Notes: generated by a model not told the origin, from the sequence alone. Counted from the whole stretch's first letter, positions 38,221 through 50,882 are shown. The stretch: DNA of 59,522 nt, filler included, from Dirinaria sp. TL-2023a (GCA_051941275.1; 3 parts of 3 records of this genome joined end to end with filler, not necessarily neighbours in it), one strand, 5' to 3'. Numbers and translations are program-made.

Positions 38221-39429
38221 ATGGATGACTTCAGCAAACAGAAGACTGAGCAAATCATTCTCCACGGTACGTCCCTACGACTTCTCATCGTCTCAGAGCT
38301 TTCAGAACTGACACTAAGGCAAGTGTTTGCTCTTCAGTCTTCGACCTCCCACAACTCTATCAACGACCCAAAGCCTCCGACCTATTATCCACCCTCGGGC
38401 GGCTGAAGACCAAACCTACAACATGGGGAGGTCACGTTCATACAAAGCTACCCAACTCGGGCGTCGAAAATTCTCAGATCAGTGAAGACGGCATCCCAAA
38501 CTATCTAACCAGCGTAATCTCCTCATCGCTACAATGGATCGATGATGAAGAAACCCGGGAAGAAATTTGGGAAGCTGCCAGCGCACGAATAGCAGAGAGA
38601 TCCGGAAGAACAGGTGGGAGCGCTCACAAGAATGTACAATGTACTGAACCGACTGACAGTTCCAGCGCAACCAACACTTAGCCGAATCTTCTCCATCCCC
38701 CGCCCCTCCTCTTCTGAAGATCCCATACAGATCAGCCTACGGGAGCCCTCACTGACGGCTGACAATCTTGGCCACAAAACATGGCTTGCATCCTATCTTT
38801 TAGCCTGCCGCTTACCGTCTCTCAAATCGCTTCTCTCTCCTCTATCAGATGCTCCAGCCAAATCCTATAAAGCTTCGACCATTGGATGCCACATCCTGGC
38901 TGATCCGGTGCGAGTACTTGAACTCGGCTCTGGAACTGGGCTCCTCGGCATCGCTGCCGCCTCACTGTTTCCAACCTGGCAATTGCGATTGACTGATCTG
39001 GAGGCCATTGTTCCGAATCTCGAAGCCAATGTCGACGCCAACCGCGCGCTCTTTAAATGCGATAATCCGCCCGAGGTCGATGAGCTGGATTGGTCCCTAA
39101 CGCCTGCTCCTCTTGCAAAAGCGTACGAGAGCTACAATACCATCCTTGCCTCTGATCCTCTGTACTCGCCCTCGCATCCGGAATGGTTGTTCAACACGAT
39201 TCATAGTTATCTTCTTCAACACCACACGTCGCGAGTCGCGGTTGAGCTACCTCTGCGGAATGCATACAGGCCCGAGGTAGAGGAATTTAAGACGCGGATG
39301 GTAGACGGAGATTTCTCGCTCCTCGACAGTGGTGAGGAGACAGGGACCGAAGACTGGGGTGACGATACAGGGCACGGGAGCCGGGAAGTGGAGTGTTGGT
39401 GGGGCGTTTGGGGCTGGTCATCGCTGTAG
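38221..39429 (+). CDS. Rrg1-like SAM-dependent (putative protein-lysine) methyltransferase, family 16
   Basis: The spliced product reads VFDLPQLYQRP...IWEAASARIAERSGRT-AQP...LREPSLTADNLGHKTW, with SAM motif VLELGSGTGLLG, LTDL and ILASDPLY. Introns near 38267-38337 and 38614-38664. Confidence 0.88.
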
Positions 39430-39668
39430 CTTTTTTGTATGTATATATTTGATGCCAAGCCTAAAACCCTTCGACTGCCGAATACCTGCTAATTCTGCTT
39501 TTAAGATATACCTGACTGCAATGAAGAGCATGCTCACTACTACCTTATCCTGCTCATTGATAGCAGGAACAAAGCATTCTCGATCTCAACCCAACCCAAC
39601 AAGAACAAGAAAATCGTGAACCCCAACAAAGATCCACACACAATATCTACACCCGCGCAAACCCTCCC

Positions 39669-39768
39669 NNNNNNNNNNNNNNNNNNNNNNNNNNNNNNNN
39701 NNNNNNNNNNNNTTAATTAATTAANNNNNNNNNNNNNNNNNNNNNNNNNNNNNNNNNNNNNNNNNNNN
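39669..39768. other. Artificial contig-joining spacer (N44-TTAATTAATTAA-N44)
   Basis: Same design as the spacer at 19797-19896. Confidence 0.98.
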
Positions 39769-40666
39769 GGGATAATGAGAAGGCAAGGGAAAGCAAGGTG
39801 CGGCAATTACCTTGAAGACGTCGAGCAAAATCACCGCCCGCGCGCCCTGTACCCGTTTCTTGCCCATCCGCTGCAATAATGGTTCGAATCCCGGCTGGTC
39901 ATACTCCACCACGCTTCCCGTGCAGAAGAAACGCATGATTCGTGGGCTCAGCGCGAAACTGCAGAACATGATCGTCACGCGGCTGGCTCGGATATCATAT
40001 TGGGTCTCATCAGCAAATAGTACCTTGTTCAAAAAAGTATGGTCTCTGGTTGCAGAAAGCTTTAGGAGTTTTTAGAACAGTGATAGGACAGTTTTGGTGG
40101 TGGTGGTGGTGGTGTGTGTGTGTGGGCGAGGGAGAGGAGGGAAAGTTACCCATTTTCGTATATGTGACTGATGGTCTCGCAGCCGGACCCGGTCGCGTCG
40201 ATGTACGCGCAAGAATTCGGACTGAAGATTGTGAATGTGCTGGAGGGGAGGCCTTTGGGTGAGATGTTGACTATAGAGATGGGGATGTTAGATGGGCGGC
40301 AAGCAGGGGATTATAGAGGGAATTGGAAGGACATGGCAGGAAGAGGCGGGACGATAGAAACATGGAACGATCATGTTATATAGGGATATCTCGAATGAGA
40401 GATTCCCCAATATTTATAAGAATAACACTCCCAATCTGGTAGGGAATTATCGGAAAAGCAAGAGAGAAGATCACATACCATGTTTGCCGCTCAAGGGCGC
40501 CGAGGCCGTGAAGAAGAGCGATTGTTCGAGAGCCTTGGGGAATGAATCTTAGAATTTTTTACTTCGTCGATTGCAAAGCATTCCAGGATAACATGAATAG
40601 GAGGAATTGATGGGCACTAACCCAGTCTCTGAGAGTGTCGGGTATATGGTCGTAGAATTTCGGCAT
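39769..40666 (-). CDS. Pyridoxamine 5'-phosphate oxidase-like (FMN-binding split-barrel) protein, 3' truncated
   Basis: Short exons splice to MPKFYDHIPDTLRDW-ALEQSLFFTASAPLSGKH-VNISPKGLPSSTFTIFSPNSCAYIDATGSGCETISHIYENG-RVTIMFCSFALSPRIMRFFCTG...ARAVILLDVFK. Confidence 0.85.
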
Positions 40667-41136
40667 GCTGACGATTCGTTTGATCTTCGACGGACAGATC
40701 GGATATACTGACTAGCAGGAGTGATTTTATATAACACAAATAAAATAAGTTATATCAATGAATGACAGGGAGGAGGTTAGGAAATCACCATAGATCTTGA
40801 ATGAGTCAAATGGTTAGGTCAGGTAGGTAAGCATCGCATATTGTAGCTCAGACCGAGGCACGCTACTACTGCAAGTATTATGGGCCGATTTCGCACTACT
40901 GTGTTCAGCATGCCATGTACAAGGAAGGGGAGCGCAGGGTGCGGAGATGCACGGATCTGAAAACCGTCTAGAAACTGAGTCCCGAAATTGATTTAGAAAG
41001 TCTAGCTAATGCCGATATCGGAGCATGTCAAGTCCAACATCCTGCATTGAACAATCATCATACCACTTTTCTCTACCGTTCATTGTATCTCGTCCAATCG
41101 TCAAGTTTCATTAAATCATGGCACACATCACTCCCA

Positions 41137-43884
41137 TCACTCCCATCTCTTCCACTCCTCCACTAGCCGCCCCACTTCCCTCGCCCTCTCCTCTTCCGGC
41201 CATCTCTGGGCTTCCACGTTCTTCGCCTGTAGGTCCTTTTCGATTTGATATCTGTGAAGCGCGATGCTTTTCAACATCTGCATGTCGGCTGTCTGACAGG
41301 CGTCTTGGAAAACCTTCCTCATCCGCGGGGAGTACAGCTGACAACTTACGCCGACATGTGACGGGGCAACGGCCCGCGGATGCCGCTTGAAGTCCGTCGC
41401 TACGGGGGCGTCTTTCTTGATGGCTGGCCAAATGATTTCGTCGTAGCAGTCCTCGCAAACGGTGAATTCCGGAAGGTGGGGAATAATGTACCATTCCTGT
41501 GCTCGAAGCATGTCGTCACGAGAGCATTCGGGAATGCCAGCAATGCGGTGAGCGAGGCTGACAAAGCGCAACATGTTGGGTGGACGACGGTGCTCGTCCG
41601 CTTGCTTTGCTGCGTCTTGCAGTAGACTGATATACGTGTTGAAGCGCTTGCTGTCGGCCTGCAGGCTGCAAGCCCGTTCTTGATTCCGGTGATGCCCGTG
41701 GGCTTTATGGAATACGCCACTGAGGTTTGGGTGCAAGGTCTCTAGGCTATGAACACATTGCTGACAGACTTGGAAATCATGGACGCTCTTGCCATTTTCT
41801 GGATCAGTCAACCGATACCATTCTCGGCTCTCTTCCTTATTTCCAGTACACGGTGCGACGTGGACCGTGGTCTCAGCCAATGCATATATGAGATCAATGT
41901 TCCCGCCCGGAGTTTTTAGTATTTCGGTGCAAGCCATTCGGAACCAAGGACTACTGAAGTCACATTTGACCTTGTCAAACTCGGCTGTTTTCCGAGACTT
42001 GGGCTTGAAATAGCGTTCGTATCCGGCCAAGAACATGGCATCCCGACAGCTTGGGCATACGGAGAACGTAGAAGGCCCACCAGCTAAAGTATACCAGTCG
42101 TCGTAGCCTGCGACGGGGTGTGAGCGTGGACAAGGGGGTAATGCGAATGGCCTAGCGCCAACTGAAACGGCACGTCCTGACATTGAAGGTCTCCGTGGGC
42201 GTGATAATGAACGCGGTGCCTGGTTCAGATCTGGAGGCGCAAGGTTATCGGCAATTTTTGGACGGTAATCAGCGCTCGATGAAGCCCTTCGGCGTTGCCC
42301 AAGTTGTGGTGGGTGCAAGGATGAAGGCTGCGAGTCAAAAGGTGTCAATGAAACATGCCTGTTGCCGTTGTACAGGGTTTCGTTGGTGCCATGAGAGAAT
42401 GACTTTTGATGATTTGCTGGGGAAGGCGATCTGATATCTATCTGCGGGCCAAGATTTGCTGCCGGTGCTGGCGAGGGGAGCGGTGACGTTCTACGAGACT
42501 TCGGTGCGTATCTTCGGGAAGGCCTTTCGTGTTCGCTATCTGAAAAGAGAAAGCCTGGAGTCTGGGGGGATTGCAGAAAGGTCGGGGTTAAAGGTGAAGG
42601 AGGAGTTTGCTTCTGGGAAGCATTTTTCGAGCGAGCTCCGGCTTCCACTCGATAAACTCTTTCGGACGGAGGCGTTCTAGGAGGCGAGGCGAACGGTGAA
42701 TGGGTTGGTGACCCAGCTGGCGACCCTGCTGGTGAGGTCCGAGGCGAAGCTCTCCGCGAGACTCCATTTTTAACATTCTGAAGCAGAACATTGGCGGTTT
42801 GTAGGCCCGTTCCAGGAGGCACTGGAAATCGCGGCGATGGTGGCGCCCTATCGTCTATAGCGGACTTGCTTCGAGGTGGTGAGGCTGGCCTTAGTTCTCT
42901 ACTAAATCTTTTTTCTCGTTTATGGGCAATATCGTTATTCAATGGCAAAGTAGGTTTTCGAGCTGACTCTGGAGAGGATGGCATTGAAGGAGGCGTACAA
43001 TGGGCTGTAGAAGGCTTGCGTCGATTGTCATCAGATTCATCCGAGTTAGAGTGATAAGTACTAGACCTCATTGCGGTGTTTAAAGATGTTGTTGGTTGGC
43101 CTGGATAGGCGGCCGCAGATACATGTCGGCCTATCTGTGGCCTCGGAGGCCGTTGTGGTTCCTTTTGAGAGCCTCTGATGGGCAATGTTGGTCCACGGCT
43201 CTGTTCTCGGTTCGGGGTTTCGAAGAAGCGCTGACTGGAGCCAATCGTTTCGGGGGATAGTAGATTTTCTCCTGTGAACTGAGCGTCATTCTTCTTCGGC
43301 TTCGGTACGAATGCGTAGGGCGATGGTGCCCTTTCTCGACGTGGTAGATCTGTCTGCAAAGAATTCTCTAGTTCAGCACCTGTGCGTAACCTTGGAATAT
43401 CCCTCCTGCCGCGACCAGGTCCAGCAGCACCTAAGCTGGATGTCGTCCCAGTGTACTTCGGTTCTCTCGCTTCATCATAAGTCAGAGGGATCTCAATTCC
43501 CTCTTTCGGTATATACACATAACGCTGATCGCAATTATGATTGACCGTCTCTGCAGGAGTCGAAGGTCCAGAGCTCTCGCTGGAGGTGTCGGAGTCGCTA
43601 CCACTTAGATCGTCCGGTGATTGGGCAAGTTTCCCAGACGGAGGCAAAACAACGTCAATGATGATGGGTTGTTGATCGATAGCCCCACGAGACTGGGCTT
43701 CTTCGTAGGTTGTGTCCGACCACACGGGCTTGTGCTCCCGAGATAGAGACGTTCTTTCGTCTTCTGCTTTTGGGGAGGGTGGCCAAGGTTTTCTTGTGCG
43801 GTGGGAAGGCTGGGATCGAGGAATGGTTTGGGGGTACTGCTGCCTCACATCATGCTCATAGTAGCAGTCATAAGGGCCTGGCAT
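41137..43884 (-). CDS. Ser/Pro/Arg-rich protein with a C-terminal Cys-rich (putative Zn-binding) domain
   Basis: 915-aa intronless ORF. The low-complexity N-terminal two-thirds are followed by three repeats of W(Y)x...FxVCxxC (DWYTL...FSVCPSC, EWYRL...FQVCQQC, EWYII...FTVCEDC). Confidence 0.85.
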   Translation of the reverse strand: MPGPYDCYYEHDVRQQYPQTIPRSQPSHRTRKPWPPSPKAEDERTSLSREHKPVWSDTTYEEAQSRGAIDQQPIIIDVVLPPSGKLAQSPDDLSGSDSDTSSESSGPSTPAETVNHNCDQRYVYIPKEGIEIPLTYDEAREPKYTGTTSSLGAAGPGRGRRDIPRLRTGAELENSLQTDLPRRERAPSPYAFVPKPKKNDAQFTGENLLSPETIGSSQRFFETPNREQSRGPTLPIRGSQKEPQRPPRPQIGRHVSAAAYPGQPTTSLNTAMRSSTYHSNSDESDDNRRKPSTAHCTPPSMPSSPESARKPTLPLNNDIAHKREKRFSRELRPASPPRSKSAIDDRAPPSPRFPVPPGTGLQTANVLLQNVKNGVSRRASPRTSPAGSPAGSPTHSPFASPPRTPPSERVYRVEAGARSKNASQKQTPPSPLTPTFLQSPQTPGFLFSDSEHERPSRRYAPKSRRTSPLPSPAPAANLGPQIDIRSPSPANHQKSFSHGTNETLYNGNRHVSLTPFDSQPSSLHPPQLGQRRRASSSADYRPKIADNLAPPDLNQAPRSLSRPRRPSMSGRAVSVGARPFALPPCPRSHPVAGYDDWYTLAGGPSTFSVCPSCRDAMFLAGYERYFKPKSRKTAEFDKVKCDFSSPWFRMACTEILKTPGGNIDLIYALAETTVHVAPCTGNKEESREWYRLTDPENGKSVHDFQVCQQCVHSLETLHPNLSGVFHKAHGHHRNQERACSLQADSKRFNTYISLLQDAAKQADEHRRPPNMLRFVSLAHRIAGIPECSRDDMLRAQEWYIIPHLPEFTVCEDCYDEIIWPAIKKDAPVATDFKRHPRAVAPSHVGVSCQLYSPRMRKVFQDACQTADMQMLKSIALHRYQIEKDLQAKNVEAQRWPEEERAREVGRLVEEWKRWE

Positions 43885-44774
43885 CTTGTCGTCATAATGG
43901 TAACTACTGGTAGTCCGTGAGCAAAGTGTTCGCAGTGCAGTGTCTGGGTAAGTAGCTACCCAGGACTAGTCCACCTCGGCCGTGAATGCTGATAGTGATC
44001 ACGAGGATTGTATGAAGGCATCTTGCATGTCGAAACTATCGGTCGGCTCAGTGAACCTAGTAATGCAAAACCAGTGGATGAACGGCAGTGGCATAGGAAA
44101 ATATTAGGTTGTCATTGTCGTATTACTGTGGTATTGTTTAAAATTCGTATTAGGAGAAAAGGGAATAGGGAATAGGATAAATCAAGGCCAAGGCTCGAGG
44201 GACTGCTGAATGCTGAATGACGAGACTCGTCAGGGAAACAGGGAGCGGTTTCGACCAATGCACGACATCCGGCAAGCGTCCCCCCACCAAAAACCACTTT
44301 GGCCAGTTCCCCGCCCTTCTCTGCGGGCGTGAATTGATCGGGTTGTGCAGAGGCAGAAAAAGGCGGTGGAAGAAAAGTGTGGACTTCCAGCTAGATTTTA
44401 TCGCCTAAATTCAATGCTCGCAGTTTGACTTTGGGGGCCAAGTCGGAGCGGACTGACCGACTACTGCAGCTTTGGTCAGGGGATTCCTGCAACGGCGGCC
44501 CAGAGTGCCCACTGATTGGGGGGCCTGATTTTCTATGCCGACCGCCGATGCGCTGGCTCCCCCCACCTCACCCGCCTGGAAAACGTCCGAATGGTTGCCA
44601 GCATTGGTGGCCAGCAGTAATGCGAACCAGAAATAGTCGACTCCCAGAACGATCTCGTATCGAGGTACAAAGTACTTGTACCTCCGTATCAGCTTTGTCT
44701 CGTCCAGCAACTCTGCATGATTCCATTCCCAAGACGCTTTGCAGAAAATCGTCAACAGAATAGCGAACTCTCGT

Positions 44775-45200
44775 CTATTTGATCACCTTCCTCAGGAACT
44801 CCTCGATTTCCTTATCTGAATCCGCTTCCGCTCCTGTGGCAGGCCTGTCCTTACCCTCCAGAATGTCCTGCAGTGGTTGGTGTCGCCTTCGCGCCCTTCT
44901 CTCTTCATCATCATTTGTATCGCTGTTGCCGGTCTTTGAAAGATCAATGGTGTCGTCCGAGGCGCTGGGTGCCTCTGTTGCCGCCGAGCCCTCCCTTCCC
45001 TCCTTCAGCAGCTTCTCGTAATCCTGCCCCTGTTTCAAACCCGCGCCCTTGAGCAGTAAAGGGCGTAGTAAGCAGTAGACGCCGATAATGACGAGGAGCC
45101 GTATGGTGTTTCGTGAAGGGAGCCTGACGATGTGCTCTTCGATGTAACTGTGGGCATCCCGCAGCCAGGTCTGGAGCTTTTCGAGCGTGGAGTAATCCAT
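44775..45200 (-). CDS. PGA2: Pga2-like ER trafficking protein
   Basis: Small protein with a single TM segment IRLLVIIGVYCLLRP, a basic RRARRR motif and an acidic C-terminus DSDKEIEEFL, as recalled for the Pga2 family. Confidence 0.7.
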   Translation of the reverse strand: MDYSTLEKLQTWLRDAHSYIEEHIVRLPSRNTIRLLVIIGVYCLLRPLLLKGAGLKQGQDYEKLLKEGREGSAATEAPSASDDTIDLSKTGNSDTNDDEERRARRRHQPLQDILEGKDRPATGAEADSDKEIEEFLRKVIK

Positions 45201-45367
45201 GTGACTGGCTCCTGCTGGGGGCCTGAAGGAGTCAGTCTCGTAGCAGCGCAACCTTGGAGGCTGAGCTCAAAAACTCGAGAAGCACAGTCAGATTCTGGAA
45301 GGCTGGGGAGTTCTCTGCTCTTATGGTGGCAGAAAAAGAAAAATCTCTCATCCCGAACTCGGAGACA

Positions 45368-45430
45368 TCTTGGCGTCGGGCCGAGATCAGCCGGTGGTTC
45401 TGAGGACATTGTGCAATTGCCCACATCTAT
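45368..45430 (+). repeat. 63-bp direct repeat, copy 1
   Basis: TCTTGGCGTCGGGCCGAGATCAGCCGGTGGTTCTGAGGACATTGTGCAATTGCCCACATCTAT; 59 of 63 bases identical to 50883-50945 by manual alignment. Confidence 0.93.
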
Positions 45431-46891
45431 TAAAAGGTAAATATTGCCTAGCATTTCAGTAGCAGATGTTAGAAACAAACAGAATGGAAATCTTCATGAA
45501 TTTCCACCCAGGACGATGCCACTACAAGTGGAGGATGACTATTTGTGCCTTGTAAACTTATTGTGTTTGCGGAGGCACTGCCTAGTCGAGCTAGATTACG
45601 CCGCACATACTTATATCCTTCTTTGTATCCTAGGAACCTCTTGATTCCAAAGCTTTATTTCATAACATTTACCCATCACATCATGTGCATGACCACCTAT
45701 GACTTGGTTCCTAACAGCAATTGTGAAAAGCAAAAAAGATATCGAGAAAGTAATATATACTCGTCCAAACATATCGTCAAACACACCGCCGAGCATACTG
45801 CGAAGATCTCATTCTCATGTCGCTATGTTAGGATTTTTCCTGGGATTTTAGCACCAGGCCTTTTGACTAGCATTCTGGTGACTAGCATTTTGGCTCGGCC
45901 CTAGTGTTTTCCCTTTTCTATGGCCTTGCACCTTGCACCTAGCGCAAATCTCCTCTCACAAGCACCCCGGGTCATGGCGCCATGCAATGGGCCAACCATG
46001 GTGTATTTAGCAGGCGTCCTACATATCCCACGGCATCGCCATTCTACATAGAATATTTGAACACTTACCTTATAGGTTTTGTCATTATACTGGGGCCCAA
46101 TATCTGGTTCATAACACGCTGACTGCATCAGAAAAAACTCGTATTTGCTGTTGAATGCGCCGAGAAGAATCTATGCTTGTATGCTCTAGATCAGGTGACT
46201 GCATAAAATGATCACATATCTATCAAATGCGCACTCGAGATGACACCAATGATCTTTATTAGATAATATCGCGGACATAAAAATAACATGGTAGACAGGG
46301 AGGCACTTTCTAGTCTCGCTAGACACTACTAAGTCGATGAGCGAGTTTTCGTCGATGATGCGATTGTGCGGCGAAGATGCTGCTCAAATGACTCCAGACC
46401 TATCTCTAGACCAAATTGGGGGCTTGAAGCGGAAGCACAGTCTGACCAAGCGCGTCTCTGGCTTTATCTACCTTACTGCAGACAAAACCAATTGCTCGGA
46501 GCGCTAATGTGCGAAAGAGCAAGCAGAAGCAAACTCAGGCTCATTCGCTGCCACTATTGGAACACTTCGAGCATGAATTGTGGAAGGTGCGGACGCCGAT
46601 CGAGAGCAGGCGATGAGCTTGCGGGAGTAATGCCAGATGATCTTCCATAGATTATATTGATGATATGCTCGGAGTGCAGCGATGTCAAATGATGATTGAG
46701 CAGAGTGAATTATAAATTGGTGTCAGTCGATCGAGTAGATAGCGCAGAAATGAATTGACTTCTTGCCATTTCTATAATCACTTAGGAGTCAAAGACCTGT
46801 GTCTAGAGTACATCATGGCCACAAAAGCATCGACAGTCTTGACTGAAGACTATTGATGGATGTTTGATGAAAGAATGTTCTCATTGTTCAA

Positions 46892-49025
46892 TCACTGGGA
46901 ACTGGTCTTTGCACCCATTTTGATCATATCAGCTGCCTTTTCCCCTATCCCATAGACAGCCATTTGTGGATGACCACACATGAGGCTTGGCATGATACTC
47001 GCATCTGTGATACGTAGGTTGGACACACCACGAACGAAGAGCCTTTCGTCAAGTACAGCCATTGGATCGTCGCTTCTGCCCATTTTACAAGTGCCAGCAG
47101 GATGATAGCCTAGGTCAAGGGATCAGTAAGACACATCAGCCCACCATGTAGGGTTCTATTAGAGCATACATGTATCGGCGCCCTCTTGGATAACGGACTC
47201 CCACTGCTTACGAGTCGTATAGGTATGGTGTGTGAGATGCGATGGCCAAGAGCCTTTGACAATGTCTTTGGTCCCCTTTCCCGCCACCACTATTTCATTC
47301 GCTAGGCGGCAACCTTCGCTAAAGACAAGCAGGTCGAGGGGATCACTCAGATAGTTGTGATCCACGACGGGATTGTCTGTGGGATCTCTGGACTTGAGAG
47401 TCACACTTCCACGTGACTTAGGTGCTAAAAGCGTTGTTGCAATGGCAAAAGCATGTTTGTCGTCGCTAGGAAAATCACGATACAGATACTTCGGGCTATA
47501 ACACTCAGTGTTCCAGAATTCAACATGTGGCTGACTGGGTGAAAGGCCCATAGGATCATGACCATCTATACGAGGTGCGCTCTGCCATTCATGGGAATCC
47601 GTCAGCCTGTCGTCTAGGCGAGCGTAAGCGAATGTACCAAACGGAAACTGGGAGAAAAATCCTGTATGATCTGTCTGCCATTGCGTAAGGGATTTCTCTT
47701 TAGCGTCACCGTGCCAAATTAAATAGTCGTTTGTGAGCTGCGGCTTTGCCACTTCGTAAAATGACAGTAGGACCTCAATATTCTTATCAGATCAATGTTT
47801 CTTGTATTAAAGATAATGAAAGAAAAAGAAAAAATCGCAAGAGAGAAAATGTAGACCTGGGGAGCCGGGGGCTTGTAAGGAGTTAGACTCACCAAATGAT
47901 CCATAAGATTCTTTCCAACTCCAGGAAGATGAACTAAGCTTTTGATTCCATGCTGTTCGACATCGAGCCGATCTCCGATTCCTGAGCGAAGCATGATGGC
48001 TGGACTGCCATATACACCTGCAGTCAAGATAACCTCCTGGCGTGTTACAACAGAAGTGTTCCTGCCTGTTGATTCTCGAAGGTCCACACCAACCGCACGT
48101 GTCCCGTTGCCATCATCGCGCAGTATAACTTTGTCGACATATACATTCGTCCTGATCTCAAGGTTGTTGTGGCCGCTCTTCTCTTTCAAAAAATCGGCCG
48201 CAGTGCTCCGAATACCTTGATAAATGGTCCTGACAACATGGCCGCATCCGTGAGAACTCTCGCCGGTCGTAAACATATCTGGGATATATGGGAGACCATG
48301 GGACTGATAAGAAAGCAAGACTTGGCTGGATATTGGAGCTGGATCATGTGGTGCAGTAGCCACCCGTCCGTCGAGACCGTGAGCTTTCTCATTGGCCTGG
48401 AACCAGGCCTTTTGATGGTAGTTCTCGGCCTCCAAAACACAGTCAGCTCAGAGTCCAGAAAGCAGATAGTTACGGTACCTTTGACATATATGCGTGCATT
48501 TCTTTTCCGCTCCACCCTTTGAGGTCCCACTTGTCATAATCCTCTTGACTGCCACGAATACACAACGTGCCATTGCACCCACTCGTTCCTCCAAGAAACC
48601 TACGACAACTTTCAGAATCGCCATTCGGAGGAGAGTAAACGGGAGATAGATATACTTTCCTCTTCCTAAATGCAGCTTTCGATCTTTCAAATTCGGACAT
48701 GGTTCACTTTGGATGTTCCAATCAGCATCGGTTCCCAGAATTTGTGCAACACTGTCATAGAAATCAGTCATGCTCTGATCGGTGTGGTGTAGTTACTGTT
48801 ACGCTGCCGGAATAGCGGAAGCTGGTACGGAAGACGCTGGAGACCCTGCTTCGATCAGGAGGACGGTGCAGTTGGGATCCTCGGCAAGACGGCTGGCAAT
48901 AACACATCCAGCTGTACCACCACTATCATCGATGTGTGAGCATACTGCAACCAGTCTATCAAGTCACAGTCATACCCGCAGATAATATAGTCATATTCAG
49001 TCTGTTCTTGGGCAGCGTGCGACAT
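46892..49025 (-). CDS. GMC (glucose-methanol-choline) oxidoreductase
   Basis: Seven inferred exons. FAD motif [19 protein letters not shown], then [43 protein letters not shown] and [14 protein letters not shown]...[10 protein letters not shown]. Confidence 0.93.
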
Positions 49026-49656
49026 TTTGTCCCAAGTGAATATCTTGAGAGTCAAGGCGGTTTTGGTGCCAGTAAACCATGACTGAGGAGAGCTACCTTA
49101 ACAGTCAAAGAGCGAGGCAGCTTCTGCATGTGACTTACGTCGTCAACAATGTGATGCAAGGATCCAATGGACCGGTCCCCAATCGAAGGAGTAGACCTTG
49201 ATGCTCCGTACGACAGTGGAGACGAACCTCGGATCCGGGAAACATGATTGCAGTCGGGTTTTACTACTACCAATGGACCAAACCCTACACTACACTCTAG
49301 CGCGACTTGGCATGTTTATCTATACTCCGTACAGCGGCACCTGAGCAAGATACCTTATGTACGCAACGTACATGCAGGTAGGATTTTTGTGGTCCGCCTT
49401 GTGTGCATCCCAGCCGACTTGGTGCAACCACAGCCTACGTCTATGCCAAATAAATGGTAAAGTAACAAACCATGTAAAATTACGTCAATCTCGTGGTGTG
49501 GTGACACAGTTGCTGAACCTTTGTCGCCTTATCGTCGAGAATTGAAACAGATAGGCCTCCGTTCCTGCTTCAAATAAGCTACATGTTTCTCATCTTTGCT
49601 CCCCTCTACCTAGCTCCTCCATTCGCAATCCCGCTCTGGTAATGTGATCTATCGGA

Positions 49657-50606
49657 ATGGCGCTTTCACCCACAAAAGCGGCTTTACCTCCACCCCCTGG
49701 AGTCAATCCAAACGTAAGCAATCCGAAGAATCATCTGCGAACGACATGGCTTGCTGGCAATATCGTCTGCTTGATTGTGCCCGTAATGATGGTCCCTTTA
49801 CGATTATGTGTGAAAAGATTTATTATGAAGGATGTTGGATGGATAGACTGTGCGTATTGGTGACAAACCCCAAATAGCAAGCTTCATATTGAGCCGTCCA
49901 GATCTATGTCTTTTAGCATGGGTAAGAGCCTATATCCCTGAGACACCAGCAGCTAAAATGTTGAGTAGGCTTGTTTTATCACACTTTCTGCGTTGGCTTT
50001 CTCTCTAGTCAACTACGGCGTTGGTGTCCATGGATGGGATGTGACCGTGGGCGCTTACTCCAAATTCGCAGAGGTATGTCTGAAGAACAGTGCTGCATGT
50101 GCACCTGAAGTTGACGACAAGTTAGATTATCAACATTCAACAAATCGCGTACATGCCTTCAATCCTGTTCACCAAAGTCTCCATTTTACTTCAGATACTT
50201 CAACTATTTGTTCCTGTGAAACGCAACTATCGATGGTATACTCTTTTGACATTGATCGGACTGAACGCGGTCTTTTTCACGATTCTATTCTTTCTCGAGA
50301 TATTTCAATGCATGCCGCGAGCCAAAATCTGGACTCCTACGCTTTCCGGAAAATGTATCAATATCTCGAAGACCTTCATTGCAACAGCTGTGATCAACGT
50401 TTGTGACGATTTCACCATCTTGACATTACCTCTTTTCTGGATATGGAAATTGAAGACCTCCACACGGAAGAAAGTTGGCATTTCTCTGGTATTCGCAACC
50501 GGGCTTTTGTGATTCTTAGTTCAAATTTCTCTCTGTATGATTGCTAATGCGTCATAGCGCCTGCAACTCCGTAATTACGGAATGGCTGCGAGCCGCTCCT
50601 CCGTGA
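49657..50606 (+). pseudogene. PTH11-like / fungal rhodopsin-domain integral membrane protein, apparently C-terminally truncated
   Basis: PPPPGVNPN, GWID, YGVGVHGWDV, TKVSILLQ, FQCMP...KC and DFTILTLPLFWIWKL...KKVGISLVFATG are present. After the next intron the frame reads FACNSVITEWLRAAPP* and the final helices expected for the family are missing. Confidence 0.65.
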
Positions 50607-50882
50607 AGTGGCTCGAACTGGTGTTGTGCATTTGCAACGGCTCGAACGAAACTGGAGCCCATTGATCGACTGGCCAATCATGTGGATTAGGTTCGATTGT
50701 AGAAGTGTGGTAATTTAAGAAAAGGTAACCACTACCGCCACACCACCCTACTTTGCTGCCACACCACCCTGCCAACTAAACCTACCTATCTAGGTAGGAT
50801 CTAGACCTCCATAATCGCGCGACAGTAGGACGGCCCGCACTCTAGGTCTTAAGAGGGGTGAGGCCGGGGCAGAATTCCGTCT

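Noticed and set aside
39881..39896. GGTTCGAATCCC, resembling a tRNA T-loop / B-box
   Set aside because: It lies antisense within the PNPOx-like exon (QPGFEP), and no acceptor, D or anticodon arms can be built around it.
45368..45430. 63-bp repeat as a tRNA, snoRNA, LTR or CRISPR repeat
   Set aside because: No cloverleaf and no convincing C/D or H/ACA pair. It is too short for an LTR, lacks TG...CA ends and has no gag/pol between the copies. There are only two copies, in a eukaryote.
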